A stretch of DNA of 47,127 nt, filler included, from Jimgerdemannia flammicorona (lineage: Eukaryota), in assembly GCA_003990765.1 (NCBI GenBank). It is 2 parts of 2 records of this genome, joined end to end, with 100 filler letters (N's around TTAATTAATTAA, not from the genome) between each part and the next. Parts side by side here need not be neighbours in the genome. Positions count along the whole stretch, not along the records: positions 23,626 to 47,127 come from RBNJ01001099.1; 1 more part is not named here. The stretch is one strand, 5' to 3'. The position numbers were made by a program, and so were the translations under genes. This document shows, in pieces, positions 23,626 to 37,240 of this stretch (within the stretch, counting starts at the first letter, position 1; the number at the start of each line of letters is the position of its first letter). Below the pieces are notes generated by a model. That model was not told where the DNA came from. It made no database searches and was given only the letters and a program-made list of their open reading frames with translations.

Positions 23626-25426
23626 TTTTTGCCACTCTGTTCGCTTCAGATTCCTGAATTTGGTTTCTTGTCGCAGCATGTCAAATGTCAATACCTTCAT
23701 TTCCTTCCATGTGTTATTCTTTTTTTCTTTGTAACAATTTATCTACGTTGCATACTTACATTTTTAACATTGCATCTGGTCACCTGCTTTTTTTTTTTTA
23801 CTTTTTTTTGTAAAATTCTTGTACAAGCTCATAACCTAAATTTTGTTTTTTGTTTTTGCTGATGCACATCATGTTCATGGTTTGCTTTCGTCTTCAATCT
23901 TTTGCAAGCTCGTACGTAGATAATATTTTATTACTGGTCATTTCATTGTAGTTGTAAATAGCAATACTTGCATCCAATGCTGCACACAAAAAAATAAACC
24001 TAGAAAATGTAATGGATGTCGGATGTCACGCTGTTTTTGCATAGCACTGATAGTGTCAAGCGATGATAATGCCCAAAGTGCGCTGTCATTTGTTGCGCAT
24101 TGTCGGTCGTTCCAAAAACCTCGTCGTAAAAAACCGAATGGCTGGAAAAAAAATAATAAAATAAAATAGAATAAACGACGGCTTGGATCGGAACAACTTT
24201 CAAACATGCCAACTTGGTAAATGTCTACAGAGAACCCGTATCCAGGCTGGCATGTAATGCCGACGGCATCACAGGCGATTCCATTGAAATCTTTTGTAGT
24301 ATTTACATATCGGTTAGGTGCGCAAAAAGAGTTACGGCGAACTACAAATAGTAAAAGTACAATCTATACTACATAAATTGTTCCATGTATCGACGCCTTC
24401 AGCGAACGAGATCCAGAGCATACACTGCTTACCATCAACATAAAATATAGGCAGTTAATCAGAACAAAAAGCTAAGCTTCGCAATTTTCAAGTCTGAATG
24501 AAACAGTGTAAAAGACGAAATATGGTTTCTTACGGATTAAAAAATAATTGATATATCCCATAACTGTCATACTTACGAGCAATGACGACGAGTTGGATAC
24601 ATTTTGAGTTGTAAACAATGCCATCTAGCTGATAAGTCCAGTTCTCTCCTCTAGCGATTTATCTTGCCACCGTAGGTACAACGACCTTGTAGAGCTCGAG
24701 ATCGTCAGGATCAATACATTTGAGTGCGTTCTTTTTGAAATCTCAATGGCCTTCCTGAGTATAAAGATACTGTTTTTTTTTTCTCGGGATCACGACTGAG
24801 AGGAGACACCGCAGAATGATTTCCGTCATACTGCCTGTTCATAAATGAAGAGGAATACCGATTGTGAAAAGGAATGTAAAAAGGGGAGGACACCAACTTG
24901 ACATACGAAAAGGCCAAATCGACCAAGAATGAACTCTTCAAATTGGCCAGAATGCCGAAACATGTAATCAGCGTAATAATCGTCGAAAGGCAAGAACACT
25001 TAGTCTTGGGAATAACAGGTAAACAACCGTAGAGAAATGGCGTCGAAGCAGCAAGCAAAGGAGAGCAGATGTTGCGGTTCGAAAACGTCGACAAAATAAA
25101 ATGGAGCGGGAACATTATATTCGGAAGAACGAAAAAGGCGAATTGTACCCGAAAACGCCGAAACGTAACATAAAGAGAGGAAGCGAAAACGTCGGCGTCG
25201 AGTGCGTAGAACACACCTGGTACGGTGATAGCATCATACCATCCACAATCACACAACCTGCATTTGATCCTTAAAAGTTTTTATAATATTTACAGTGAAT
25301 CCTTAATCTTCTTAGTCAGATTATATAATAATATTAAATTATTAATATATAGATCTAAGAGAAATTAAATAATAATATAAATATTTATATTTAATGTACT
25401 AGATACTTTAAAAGAAATATAAAACT

Positions 25427-26500
25427 GACGGCATTGGGGACCAACGGCATGACTACGACTTTCTGTTTACCGAACTTACCCATTGGTCACTGCAGAATAG
25501 TACTCACTCCGGAACCGGGCCCGTCCGTGGTTTGGAACAACCTGTATTGATGCCACCAGTGACAATACAGCCAACGAAAATACCGTGGGTACAAGAAAGA
25601 GACACTGCAGACCAGGATCCCAATCACAACTACACAGACAACTACCTTTCAAGAAACCACCACAATGTTGAAAAGATAAGCCAATGGATGAGGACACTTT
25701 ACCTGAACAGAAGTACAGCCCTTAGCCACCCTCCCCCCAACCTATGACAGGAATGGATATCAATTCCCAAGGTAGCAAGAAATCAATAACTGAGAACTGC
25801 ATTTTCAGGCAATAAGATATTACAATCATGGAAAACACCCAGACTCTAAAACTGTTTATATCAGAAGATTTACCTCAGCCAAGATGTTACAATACATATA
25901 ATGAAGAAAGGGGATAACAGAGCTCAGATCTGAAGAAACCAGACCAAGAAACCAAAGAAGAAGACTCTCAAAATCTATAATCTGAGAGATAACATCCTAG
26001 CTCTCATCAGATATACAATCTGTCAAGAATGAGTAGAAGCCTCAGATCTCATAAAAAAAAGAGTGATCAATTACCTCCAAGACCCCTCTACTGGAGTCAG
26101 ATGGCTGCATCTCAATCTTAAAGTCTGGGAGCTTATCTCTACTGAAGCCTCAGCTCAAGGACAACTCAAACTCTGTAAAGATATCACCCAATATATCTTG
26201 CTATATTTAATAACCAAATCTCTAACAAAAGCTTATCAGGAAGATATGAGATATGATCTTCATAATATTAAAAATAAATCTATCAAGCCTGAAAAAACAA
26301 TAGTACTTAGTATAAGACTAGCTATATAGCCATCCAAAGAAACTTACATCCAACTGATCTCAAGGTCCAGACTCATTAGATAAGGAATAACTATAGAAGG
26401 AAAAACAATAAACCCTGGATATATAGACAAAATTAAGATCATTTTGAATAATAGTAATATAGAATAGTACTAAATCTATAAAGGATAAAAGATTACTGGT
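25427..26500 (+). mobile_element. Probable 5' UTR/ORF1 relic of a LINE
   Basis: CpG-containing 5' end fading into CpG-free coding-like sequence ending in ..GITIEGKTI-like RRM-type ORF1 motif. Weak. Confidence 0.35.
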
Positions 26501-27779
26501 TCACTGTTATCACCCTTCCTCCTATCTGTGATAGCCTTCTCTCCTCCCATCCTGACAATATCTGAAAAACAGTTACATATGCCAGAACTGCATATGCCAG
26601 GAAGCTCACCAAAGCCAGAAGGCTCCACCATAGATACTAAGGACCTACAGATAACCTATACTAGGCACTTGATGCCCAAGGTTGACTAACTCTCTATATA
26701 ACCTATAATGTACTGAGACAATACCTTATTGGCAATAGTAAAAAGAAGAAGGTGTCTCACCAAAATGAGTATACCCCAGATATAGCTAAAGGTATCAGAA
26801 ACTATGAAAAAGTAGAGAAGATACTGATCTGATACTGATAAAAGGGCAACTCATTACTATTGCCTGCCTCTCACTATACTCTTATAGGCACAATAAACCA
26901 ACCCAAGATAGAGGGAGTAATAATAGAAGAAAGAGACTTAAAAGATTGCTTACCAAACCTAGTGACTGGTAAGGTAGTAGAGAAAGGAGCTAAGTTCTAC
27001 TAATTATTACTATTACTGAGATATCAATTCTTCTTTAATATTAGTAAAAGGCTTCACTTTCTCCTAAATTACAGAAAGATCTTTTCTTTCTTCTGAGACC
27101 TTTTGCCATTTCCCAATAGGTTTAGTTTATAGACTTCTCTGTGAGTTTGGTTGAGATAGGGCACCAGATAGCCTATAATAGTTTCTTTTAGCTGAATGAG
27201 ACTTTCTTAGCTTTAATTAATTACTTGAGAGTAAACAGAATTCATCTTATTAGGAAACATATACTCTTCTATATCTAAGTTCTCATTAGATTTGAAGAAG
27301 AGGTTTTTAGGATCAGATAGTATAAAGATTTTAAAGATAGTCTGCTCTCTTGGTTCTAAGATAAGGTTCTTATATAGCTTGACTAATTGGTAGTATATAT
27401 ATTTGTTGAGAAGTATTCTTTTTAAAGTAGTTAATCTGGAAAAGGTATATTTCTTTCTTATTAGAGCTTCTAAATTCTTCAACTTGTCTTATATTTTGAG
27501 TCAGTTTAGAGACTTCTTATAGTTGGGGAATTTTGACCTTTATGAAGATTACTTATATAGGGTACTAGGCTGGGGGTGGTCATTAGGGCTAAGGCAGATG
27601 TTACTTCAGTAGGGCCTTTTGATTGGTGCAGAGTAGTTAGGTGGTAGGTATCACTCTCAGCTTCTTTTGGCAATATGTGGGGTTGGGCCCTGGTCATTGG
27701 GGGGGGGGGGTCAGGGGGCCTGAGGCTACCTATTTCAGGTATCTTGGCTATACTCAACTAGAACTAAGAGCTGATATAG

Positions 27780-28248
27780 CAATGTGATTGAGACCCATAG
27801 ACTTGAGTAGTGGAGTATTGAAGGTCTCCTCCTGCCTTACATATAAGTTCTTTACTTACCTATCTGAGAGAACCAGGTCCTATCTACTATGAAGTACTTT
27901 GATGAGGGATTTTTTTTTTGCCTGTCATTCTCCTTGGAGTAGCAGGGGCTAGTGCTATTTGGCTCAAGTGTGGTCTTATATGTATATACATTGGAGTTTT
28001 GGGCATGTGCTTTCAATCATTAACATATGACTGAGTTCTCTTTAGTGGTAGGGAGAGCATAGTGTGCAGAATGAGATACAGGCTACTATAGACCCTGCTA
28101 TATCTGATATGATCAGACTACTGGACAATAGTTAGCCTAAGTTAATAGGGGGGCAATGCTTAATGGGTGGTGGGAGAGGGTTTTGGTCTATATAGTCTAG
28201 GTTTTCTTTTAATAAAAATCTGTAAGACTCTGAGTCTATAAAAAAAAA
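27780..28248 (+). repeat. Dispersed repeat, probable 3' end of a second LINE family (copy 1)
   Basis: Colinear with 44490-44850 (..caatag.tagcctaagtt..aataaaa..). Ends in AATAAA plus an A tract. Confidence 0.65.
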
Positions 28249-28329
28249 CAATTAGTAGAACTCTTTTATAAATACTAAGACATATTTAATATAGACTATA
28301 ATAACCTATTATACAGCCTCTCATACTAC

Positions 28330-28960
28330 TATAGTATAAATATATGAAATACAATACTCATCTAGTAGAAGTCTTATAGAATATCCTATTACTAAAAAAT
28401 ATTTAAGAAAGAACACATTTAGAAACTCTTAGACAATAGAGTTATCCAACTCTCTACTAGCCCCTGGGCTAGTCTTTTACTTATTATACTCAAGAAAGGA
28501 GAATAGAAACTCTAAGTAGATTACAAAAAGCTCAACTTAGTTACAGAAAAAGATATCTATCTCTTGTTCAGAATTGATGATCTTCTAGATCAATTACAAG
28601 ATGCCAGATACTTCAGTAGTATAGATCTCTTTGTAGAATTTTATGAGATCTCTATAGCCTCTAAGAATATTTGGAAAATAGCTTTCCTTATCCTAGAAAC
28701 TTATTTAAATATCTCCAAATACTTTTTGAACTCTATAATATATCTCCCACTTTTTAGAAAATGATAAACTCAATCTATAGTCTACTAATCTACTACTGCT
28801 TAATTATATATAGACAATTTTAACATCTATTCAGCAAATTTCAAAGAATATCTATATTGTCTAGAAGAATTCTTCTATAAGAACTATCTAAGATTTAATA
28901 CTAAAAAATACTATTTTGAAAAACAGAAACTTAAATTTCTTAGATTTATAATATAAGAGG
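28330..28960 (+). pseudogene. Ty3/Gypsy reverse transcriptase fragment
   Basis: SPWAS...KK...VDYKKLN.VT.KD.Y.LFRIDDLLDQLQDARYFSSIDL...YIDN. Confidence 0.85.
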
Positions 28961-29931
28961 ATACTTTGTTAAAGTACTATTATGTTGTTTTGAAAGAGTT
29001 TTCTGGAAGTTCTGAATATTCTAGAAGACTATTTTCTTTAGGTCAAGATTAATTTCATATAGAGTATATTCTCTATACTTATTGATTTCAAGATCAAGTT
29101 AATATCTCAACTAAAGTCCTTTTCTCAGACTTGTTCTGAATGTTCAGGATTTTTCTTATTTCAAAAAGTTAAAAAAACTAAGACCAGTTTAGTTAAATTG
29201 ATATATTGTTAAAAATAATACCTAATTAGAAAATTTCTTAATCTAGTTAAAGTAGGAACTAATACTAGAAATAGTATATAGAAATATTTGTGTAAGAAAG
29301 TATTTATCTAATTCTTATTTATGTTCTTATCTTTATTTTTGTCTGAGTTTCTGAGATCTGAGAGAGGGGGTATTTATACTAATGAGAGGCTATCTGAACT
29401 AGACTAAATATAGATATAGTATGATAAGTTAGAATATAGTTATATAGTATAAAGTGTAAACTGATATATTAAGAGATTTTTTAACTACTGAGTCAGAATA
29501 TAGTTATATAATACTAAGCTAATCTAACTATACTAATGACTGCTATACTATTTATAGATTAAGATACTATCTGAGTAGTTTTTAATGAGATTACTATTAA
29601 TGATATCATCTCTAATAAAGTGATCATCTAGAAAGAGTAATTCTTAGCTTATACATATCTCTCTATTCAATTATATAATAGTATATTAGAATGAAGTGAT
29701 TATCTCATAAGATAATATCATCTGTCTCATATATAGGATATAGTATTGGTAGGTAGAGAAGAGATATATCATCTTTGCTTTTATTAAATTCACTATTAGT
29801 ATACCTTTAGTAAGTTATAGTACTATATATTATAAGATTATAGTATACTAATAGTTATTCTTCATATTACTTATACTTAGAAGGTAGGGTTGTTAGTTCT
29901 ATCTTAAGAGTTATCTGGAGATATAGATTAT

Positions 29932-31771
29932 CTGGGGTTCCAAGAATCATTAATCGGCCTCTTGGAGGACAGTCAGGTAGTATTGGTCATCAATAGCCAC
30001 AGAGAGTGACCTTTCTCCTGGGGCGTGGAGTGCCGCAAGGGGACCCCTTGTCACCCATATTGTATGCCCTCTCCTTGGAGCCCCTACTGGATAAGATTTG
30101 GCACCAGATTGGGGGTTTGGACATTTTAGGGATTAATTGGAAGGTGGGGGCCTTTGCTGATAATATGGTGGTCAGACTGGACTCTTTGATAGATGTGGGG
30201 GAGTTATAGAGATCAGTGGAATAGTATGAGAGGGGTTCTGGTGCTAAACTAAACTGGCACAAATGTGAGACTCTGGTGCTGGGTGCTGGAATTGTTGGTG
30301 GTGATGTAATTGGGACAGTAGTGCTGGCTGGTGAACTAGTGCGTTATTTAGGGATCTACTTCTTGGTGTTTGGATCTCTTCTTCCCTATGCATAGTGGAA
30401 CTGACAACTTCTGGAGTGGGGAAATATTCTGTTGCACTGGGGAGGTCAGCATATGTCCCTAGCCAGAAGGGTGATGGTGCTGAATATGTATTAGATACCG
30501 AAGCTGTAGTATATGGGGTATCATTTGGATTTCCCAGCTTGTGTGGTCAGGGGGCTGGTGAAGATGGTGAGGTCATGGATCTGGGGAGGGCAGTAGAGCC
30601 AGGTAGGTTGGGAGGTGCTCACACTGCCCATGGAAAGAGGTGGGCTGGGTTTAGTTGACTTTACTAAGCAGCTTCACTGCTTGAGAGCTTGGTGGTTAAG
30701 GAGAGTGAGTGAGCTAAGAGGCTGGGAGTGGGTGCCACTTATGCAGAGAGTGTGGGAGGTTTGGTATTCCCCTTGTGGTGACTCTGGTGACCTGCTTATA
30801 ATGGTGTCCATGGATGGGAGTAGAAGGATGTAGTTTATGGGCTTCTGGTGGGGGGTGGTGGATGGCACTAAAAAAATTGGACTTCGGTGACAAGGTGATG
30901 AAGCTGAGGAGGATTGGGGACCACAGATGTGGCAGTGAGACAGGCTTCTACTGGGTGGTGCTCTGGTGGAGGATTTTCAGCTTGGCAAGGGTATGGAGTG
31001 TCTGCAGGGCTTGAGTAGAGATCTGTGGCCTATAGCCTGGCAGGGGGTTGGAATTGATGAGGAGTGGGATTGGAACAGACTCTGGCTTTGGAGCAAAAGG
31101 GTGAGGCAGTGGCTACCCCCCAAGTTCTGAGTAGTGTGGTGGTGAGTTCTACAGTAGAATGTGATGTTGAACTATTGGTCTGAGCACTTGGTAGACAGTG
31201 GAGTTTTCGAGTGCGAGAAATGTTTTAACATCAGTCAGAAGGGAGGAGTAGTACAAATGCCTGAACATTGGCTTGGCAAGTGCGAGATTTTGGAGGAGTT
31301 TTAGAGATGTATCCTGGACCAGTTAGGGCTGTATACCTTGGAGGGAGGGGAAGGGAGGAGATGGGGAGAGCTCCACCAGAGACTGATGGATGGGGTTAGA
31401 GATAAATAGCTGACTCTTAGTTGGGTTCTGGCCATGTAGGTTGGGCTGGCTGGGCATTGGATTCATATATTTGAGGAGGGACAGTGGGTTGGGATTGGGG
31501 CTAAGGTAGCATATTAGGAATAGTTATTATTAGATATTTTGAATAGCTGGTGGCAAGGGTGGGGGCTGGGTGGGGGGAATTACAGGGGTTTGGTATAGTG
31601 TATCTCCCAGAAGAGTAGTGGGAGGATTCAGGTAGTGGGTGATTAAGTTGTGCTTAGGCAGAGAGAGGTTGAGGAGAGAGGGTTAGGTCTATGGGGCATT
31701 GGTTGAGGGCTTGGGGTGACATTGTATTGTTAGAATTATAGATGGCAGTAATAAAGAGCAGTCTAAGGGAC

Positions 31772-31840
<69 letters not shown>
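29932..31840 (+). mobile_element. 5'-truncated L1/Tx1-like LINE with 15-bp TSD
   Basis: TSD GGAGATATAGATTAT (29917-29931 and 31841-31855). RGVPQGDPLSPILY, GAFADN, RYLGI, RGGLGLVD, and a C-terminal CxxC...HxLxxC zinc motif. AATAAA and ~66-nt poly(A). Confidence 0.95.
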
Positions 31841-31842
<2 letters not shown>

Positions 31843-32097
31843 AGATATAGATTATGTTCTCTTATTTCTTTATTATAGTTAAAGTAGTTAAGTGTAAATA
31901 TAGATTGATATTTATATCAGTGATCATTATTTTAATAGGTCTTATAGATAGTTATAAACTATTATAAGTCTATTGATAAGGATAAAGTGATTAGAGTTAA
32001 TAGAGATTTTTGACTGGAGGGCATATTGATATTAAAGAAGTCATTGTCTTCTACTTTATTATTATCAAACTGAATTATATTATAGATATCCTTTATA

Positions 32098-32100
<3 letters not shown>

Positions 32101-32142
<42 letters not shown>

Positions 32143-32218
32143 GTCTCTTGGACTGCCCTTTATTACCGAATCTATAGTGTCTACAATATAAGTCACCCAC
32201 CCATTCAACCAATGCCCC
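32101..32218 (-). mobile_element. Very short (~120 bp) 5'-truncated copy of the same LINE family with 12-bp TSD
   Basis: TSD TCCTTTATAGTA (32089-32100 and 32219-32230); poly(T) plus the reverse complement of the LINE 3' UTR. Confidence 0.9.
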
Positions 32219-33639
32219 TCCTTTATAGTATATCTCACTTGGAACATCTGCAAGATATGGTCATCTGGGTGCAGAAAGGGTCTATCTATAGTTCAAATAT
32301 ACTTAATATACTTCTGGTTGAGTTTTTATATCATATTTCAATTTGGCTATAGGTTAGAGTAGTAATTATTTTAGTAGTAATAACTTAGAGATAGAGAATA
32401 AAGATGCTATACTTATAAAAGAGTTTCTGGTATTTATATGTAATGAGTTTCTGGTGTTGAGATATTTCACTAATATCAATATTATAACTATATCTTTGAG
32501 GAGACAGCTGATCTAATAGTAGCTTGAGATTTGTCTAATTTGGTAAGTTTTGCTAAATATGTTCAAGATATTTCATTGGGCTTCTATAAAATAGAGGAGT
32601 GCTAAACTATGAGAGTGCTGTGGCCAAGTTGATAATAATATTCTAAATATTAATATAGATATAGTTATAGACTTTAGTAGTTATAGCTAAATATATATTT
32701 GAGAGTTATAGTTATTATTTGGTTTATTATAGTTCTCTATTTTGATATACTATTTATCTGATATATATGTTTTTGATCTTAATTGATAAAGTTTTATTTT
32801 TATACATTTTGTATTCTGTGACTTTGAGTTAATTTAGCTGATAGCACCAATTTGTTGAAGTATTTTGCTGACTTTATTAGTCCATTTGGCTTTCTTTAGA
32901 AACCACTATCATTTTTGATACTTAGTATTTTATTTAGTACTAATAGCAGCTTTTTATTTCATTAAGATTCATTCTCTATTATTAGAGAACTCTTTATTGC
33001 TAGCTAGAGATAGTGATGATATTATTCTTGTTTTATTTATATAAAACAATCCTTCATTAGCTGTAATTTATATTTTTTTCCATCTTATCTATATAGTAAT
33101 AAATATCTAGATTTTATTGATAGTATTAAGAATATTATTTAGAAAATCAGAACAGTTAAGTTACAGATCCATTCTGATAATAAATACTATTTATTTATTA
33201 TTTTTTTTATTAGAGTAGCCATACTTACTAGTTCTCAAATTTCTGTATATTTTATAAACTAAATTACTAAGAATATAGACAGATAAATACAATATATAAA
33301 TTATAATTTCATAATATAAACTCAAATAACTGTAGATACAAACTAATAGATACTAATAGATTTGTTTTCTTGAAAATACAGTTATATGAACTAAATAGTA
33401 AGTATATAGATAGAAACTTATAGTAATATGAACTAAATAGCTATAAACTCAAACTATATTAAATAATATAAACTCAAATAGTTATAAATACAAATTAGTA
33501 AATATGAACTGAAGTTTTTTTTCCTAATAGAGAGTAGAAAGAAGTAATAGTGTTATTTATTAATTATTCATATTTTTATATATTAAGTAATATATATAGC
33601 TTAAAGATAATATAGTTATATAGTGCTCTGAATGAGTCA

Positions 33640-33960
33640 ATTCGAATCAAATCTGGATTTGATTCATCACATGATGGTTTGATTCGAATCTCAAATCCAA
33701 AGCCATCCGAATCAACTTGGATTTAATCCGAATCACCCCATCTGAATCACCCCATCTGAATTACCCATCTGAACCACTCCAATCCGAATCACTCAATCCA
33801 AATCACCCCATCTGAATCACCCTATCCAAATCACCCATCCGAATCACCCATCCAAACCACCCCAATTCGAATCCTCCAATTCAAATCCTCCAATTCGAAT
33901 CCTTCAATCCAAATCCTCATCTGAATCCTTCAACTGAATCCTCCAATCCAAATTCTCCAC
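33640..33960. repeat. Left subterminal repeats of the hAT (ATCCGAATCACCC-like units)
   Basis: Many ~12-14-bp units; related GGATCAATCC/TTCGAATC units at 39735-39900. Confidence 0.9.
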
Positions 33961-34054
33961 ATGACTCATATGCTGGATGTATCCACAATACAATACACAC
34001 ACACATGTATACACACACATGCATATACATGCACATACAAACACGCAAACACAC

Positions 34055-36638
34055 ATGTCGACAGATCAGTCTTCAACAGTTCACAGTACCGATGATGCTT
34101 CAAGTCAAACATCCCTGATAGTTCCACACCTTCCATGCAATCCTCACTCCGAAATCTGACAACATTGTGCTAAGATAGGAGATGATGTTGTTTGTAATTA
34201 TTGTAGGTAAAAAATTAAGATGCACCTATTGACACTTTGTTTTGACACATACATAATATTGTTTTGACACATACATGATATTGTTTCATCCACCTCCATG
34301 AACTGCACCAGCCAGAAGTTCAAAATGCTTGGGGGTATAACTTCAAACATAAATTGACACATAAAAGACAAGCACTCTGACAAAATCAAAAAGAACATGG
34401 AGACAAATAAAATCGACATCCAAGCTGTAGTGGGTATGTTTATCTGATTGCCTGATCATTTCTGTACCAACAATGCCATTTAATCAAAAATATTTAGCCA
34501 TACTCTTCGGCAGAATTTCGAAATTGGCTCATTTGCTGGATTGTGTGCACAGACCAGCCATTCACAATCATTGAGAGTGATCAATTGCATAGCATCTTTG
34601 GCCTCCTCAAGCATGATTTATATTTGCCAAGTACCGATACTATTCACAAAGATGTCCTGGAGGCCTATAGGAAGGAGCATGACAATCTCCGCCAGATACT
34701 TCAGGTAAAATAAGGACAGCACCATGACCTTTGCAAGCTGAATTATATAAAAGAGCTCACCAATTTAACCTCACATTCAATAAGCAGAATTCAGCAGGCA
34801 AAATTTCGTTTATGATCGATACATGGATATCTCCCAATGCAATTTCATTTCTGGGCATTACCAGTTATTGGATTGACCTCGATTGGCAGCTTAAATCTCT
34901 CACCCTTGACTTCATCAAACTTGCTGGCCCTCATTCTGAAGACAACATCACAGATGCTTTTATTAGTTGTATCCGGGAGCTTAGGATCACCACCAAGGTA
35001 AAAAAGGAGGGCTTGCCGTCAGGTCAGTGTTTTGAGAGAGGTCCTAAACCAAACCAGATTTTATTGGTTACTTATTTTCACATAAAATTGTCAACCAAAT
35101 ATTTCAAGTATAGATTTTGGCCATTATGACGGACAATGCCACAAACAACTCAACATTTTTCCAAGATTTAGTGGCCAGCCTCAAACAGGAAAATGTGGCC
35201 TTCAGTATAGAAAGCTGCCATATGTGATACCAGGCCCATGTACTGAACCTCACTGTTCAGGACTATCTTACATACATAGACAAAACATCCGAGAGAGAAG
35301 AGGCCCTGAGTATAATTTCCAAGCTGCACAAACTGGTTGTGTCGGTCCGATCATTCCCACAATGACAAGACAAATTCGCTGCGCAGTGTAGGGCAATCAG
35401 TTTAGCCCTGAAAGAGCTTATATTGGATGTCTGTATATGTTAGAACTCAACATTTGCAATGATCTAGTGTGCACTGGAGTTTGCTGTGGTATGTATCCTT
35501 TTTTTCTTCAGTTGGCTGAAGCAACTGTTTTGGATGATGGAAGATTTATTTTAAAAAAAAAAAAAAAAAAAGCCAATAGATTCAATGATGGCTGCCAACA
35601 AGGAAATACAGACCGAGGCTCTAAGTGAAAGCGAGTGGGATGTACTTAGGAATGTTGTCAGAGTTTTGGAAGTAAGTAGTAGTTGTCCTGGCTTCACACT
35701 CGTTTTGTCTACCTCTGTACAATGCAACACCTCACCACATATAACTGCCAGTGTTTCGACGATTGTACAAAGGATATAGTCAAACAAACGACCCTGACAA
35801 TAAGCTCTGCGATACTGGTATACAACCTTCTGATTGACTGGCTAGAGGAAAAGCTTGAGGACAGGCTGGAGGGTTGCAGTGATTTACGGTTAAGCCCGGA
35901 TCAGAGAGACACCATAGAGGTTGCTCTAAGTAAGCTTAGAAAATACTACTTCCAAACAGATACCACCGTATACTCAATTAGTACAGGTATATCGATGTTG
36001 GCATGTGGCCATTGCCCCTTCCAAAACAGAGGAAACTCCGCAAAAACTCACTCTCCTTTTCTTCGAACAGTGCTGGACCCATGCTTAAAGCTACAATACC
36101 ATAAAGATCAGGGCTGAGAGCAGCACTTCATTGAGAGAACCAAGCAGGCCATAATTGAAGTGTACCAGAAAAACTATACACCACTGCAAGGTTCTGGCTG
36201 AAGTCCGGATGAATATGCTGAGGGATCCCTCCTGTCCCACATTTACTTCGGCAGAAAGAGGAAGAGGGAGCCATCAGTGGAAGAGCTGCCATCAATAGAC
36301 GAACTTACCATTTACCTCGCCAGCAACCGTGTGGTCCTGCTGGAGAGCACAGAGGTGCTCAACTAGTGGAAGGTGAGTTGTCAGGCGGGCATTGGGCCAA
36401 TTTAACCCACCAATCTAACTACCGCTCTACCCACTGGGGCATACAGCTACATCAAATGGACTTCCCCAGCCTGTATGGTATGGCTCAGGACTACCTGGTG
36501 ATTCCTGCCTCCAGCGCTCCCATCAAGTGGGTGTCCTCAGATAGGGTGGACCTTGTTGCCCCAAAGAGGTATGCGCTGAATGCTAAGACAATCCAGGCAT
36601 GTATGTATCTGAAGTCTTGGTGGGGCTCAGGCCGCTAA
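34055..36638 (+). pseudogene. hAT transposase (BED zinc finger, DDE core, dimerization domain), multi-intron, inactivated
   Basis: SEI(W)QH..VVCNYC..HLxxxH; DQPFTIIE; ISFMIDTW; MTDNATNN; (R)YQAHVLNL; (W)NSTF.M; VLDP; FPSL..MAQDYL.IPASSAP. Introns at 34705-34787, 34998-35113, 35489-35572, 35672-35751, 35987-36070 and 36373-36446. The catalytic ER reads KW (GAG CGG>AAG TGG); several premature stops. Confidence 0.95.
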
Positions 36639-36769
36639 AATTCGGCAGGTCTGCAGATAAGTCGGTTGGCCTTGTAGAATATTTAATACCTTTCAAAATA
36701 ATAAAAAGGAAAAAAAAACCTAAAGACTTGGCCCAGAGTTTGTGGCCAAAGTGGGGTGGGGTTGGCAGC

Positions 36770-37240
36770 AGCGATGGAGAGAGCACACAATATTTGCGGC
36801 CCTCAGCCAGCAGCAAGGGACAGCCCCAAGCTGCCAGTGCCCGGGTCAGTAGGCAGGTCGGTGGGCAGGTCGGTGGGTTGGTGGGCAGTGGGCAGGTCAG
36901 TGGAGGGAGTGCACAAAATTTGTGGCCCTCTGCCGGCAGCAAGGGGCAGCCCCAAGCCACAAGTGTCTAGGTCGGGGGGTAGGTGGAGGGAGTGCACAAA
37001 ATTTGCAGCCCTCCACCAGCAGCGAGGGGCAGCCCCAAGCTGTCAGCGCCCAGGTCAGTGGGCAGGGTCAGTTGGCGGGCACGGAGTTGGTGGAGAGAGC
37101 GCGTAAAAATTTGCAGCCCTCCACCAGCAGCAAGGGGCTGCTCCAAGCCACAAGTGTCCGGGACGGGCAGGGCAGGCAGAGGGAGCATGCAAAATTTGTG
37201 ACCCTCCACCAGTGGCATAGGGGTAGCCCCAAGCCACCAA
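36770..37240. repeat. GC-rich tandem repeat (5 units of ~80-130 bp) between the two convergent genes
   Basis: Core GCACAAAATTTGCAGCCCTCCACCAGCAGCAAGGGGCAGCCCCAAGC at ~36783, 36911, 36993, 37101 and 37188, with G-rich spacers. Confidence 0.9.

Noticed and set aside
24711..25256. 181-aa minus-strand ORF
   Set aside because: Non-ATG start, no recognisable motif and no codon bias like the real gene at 14770.
27900..28050. Possible tyrosine-recombinase (HSxR..G) motif suggesting a DIRS/Crypton element
   Set aside because: Not preserved in the second copy at 44530-44640; AATAAA plus A-tail fits a LINE 3' end better.
31856..33600. Coding-like AT-rich relic on the minus strand
   Set aside because: Too degraded to assign to a family by eye.
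36770..37240. CRISPR-like repeat-spacer appearance
   Set aside because: Eukaryotic context, degenerate repeats, low-complexity mutually similar spacers of variable length, and no cas genes.
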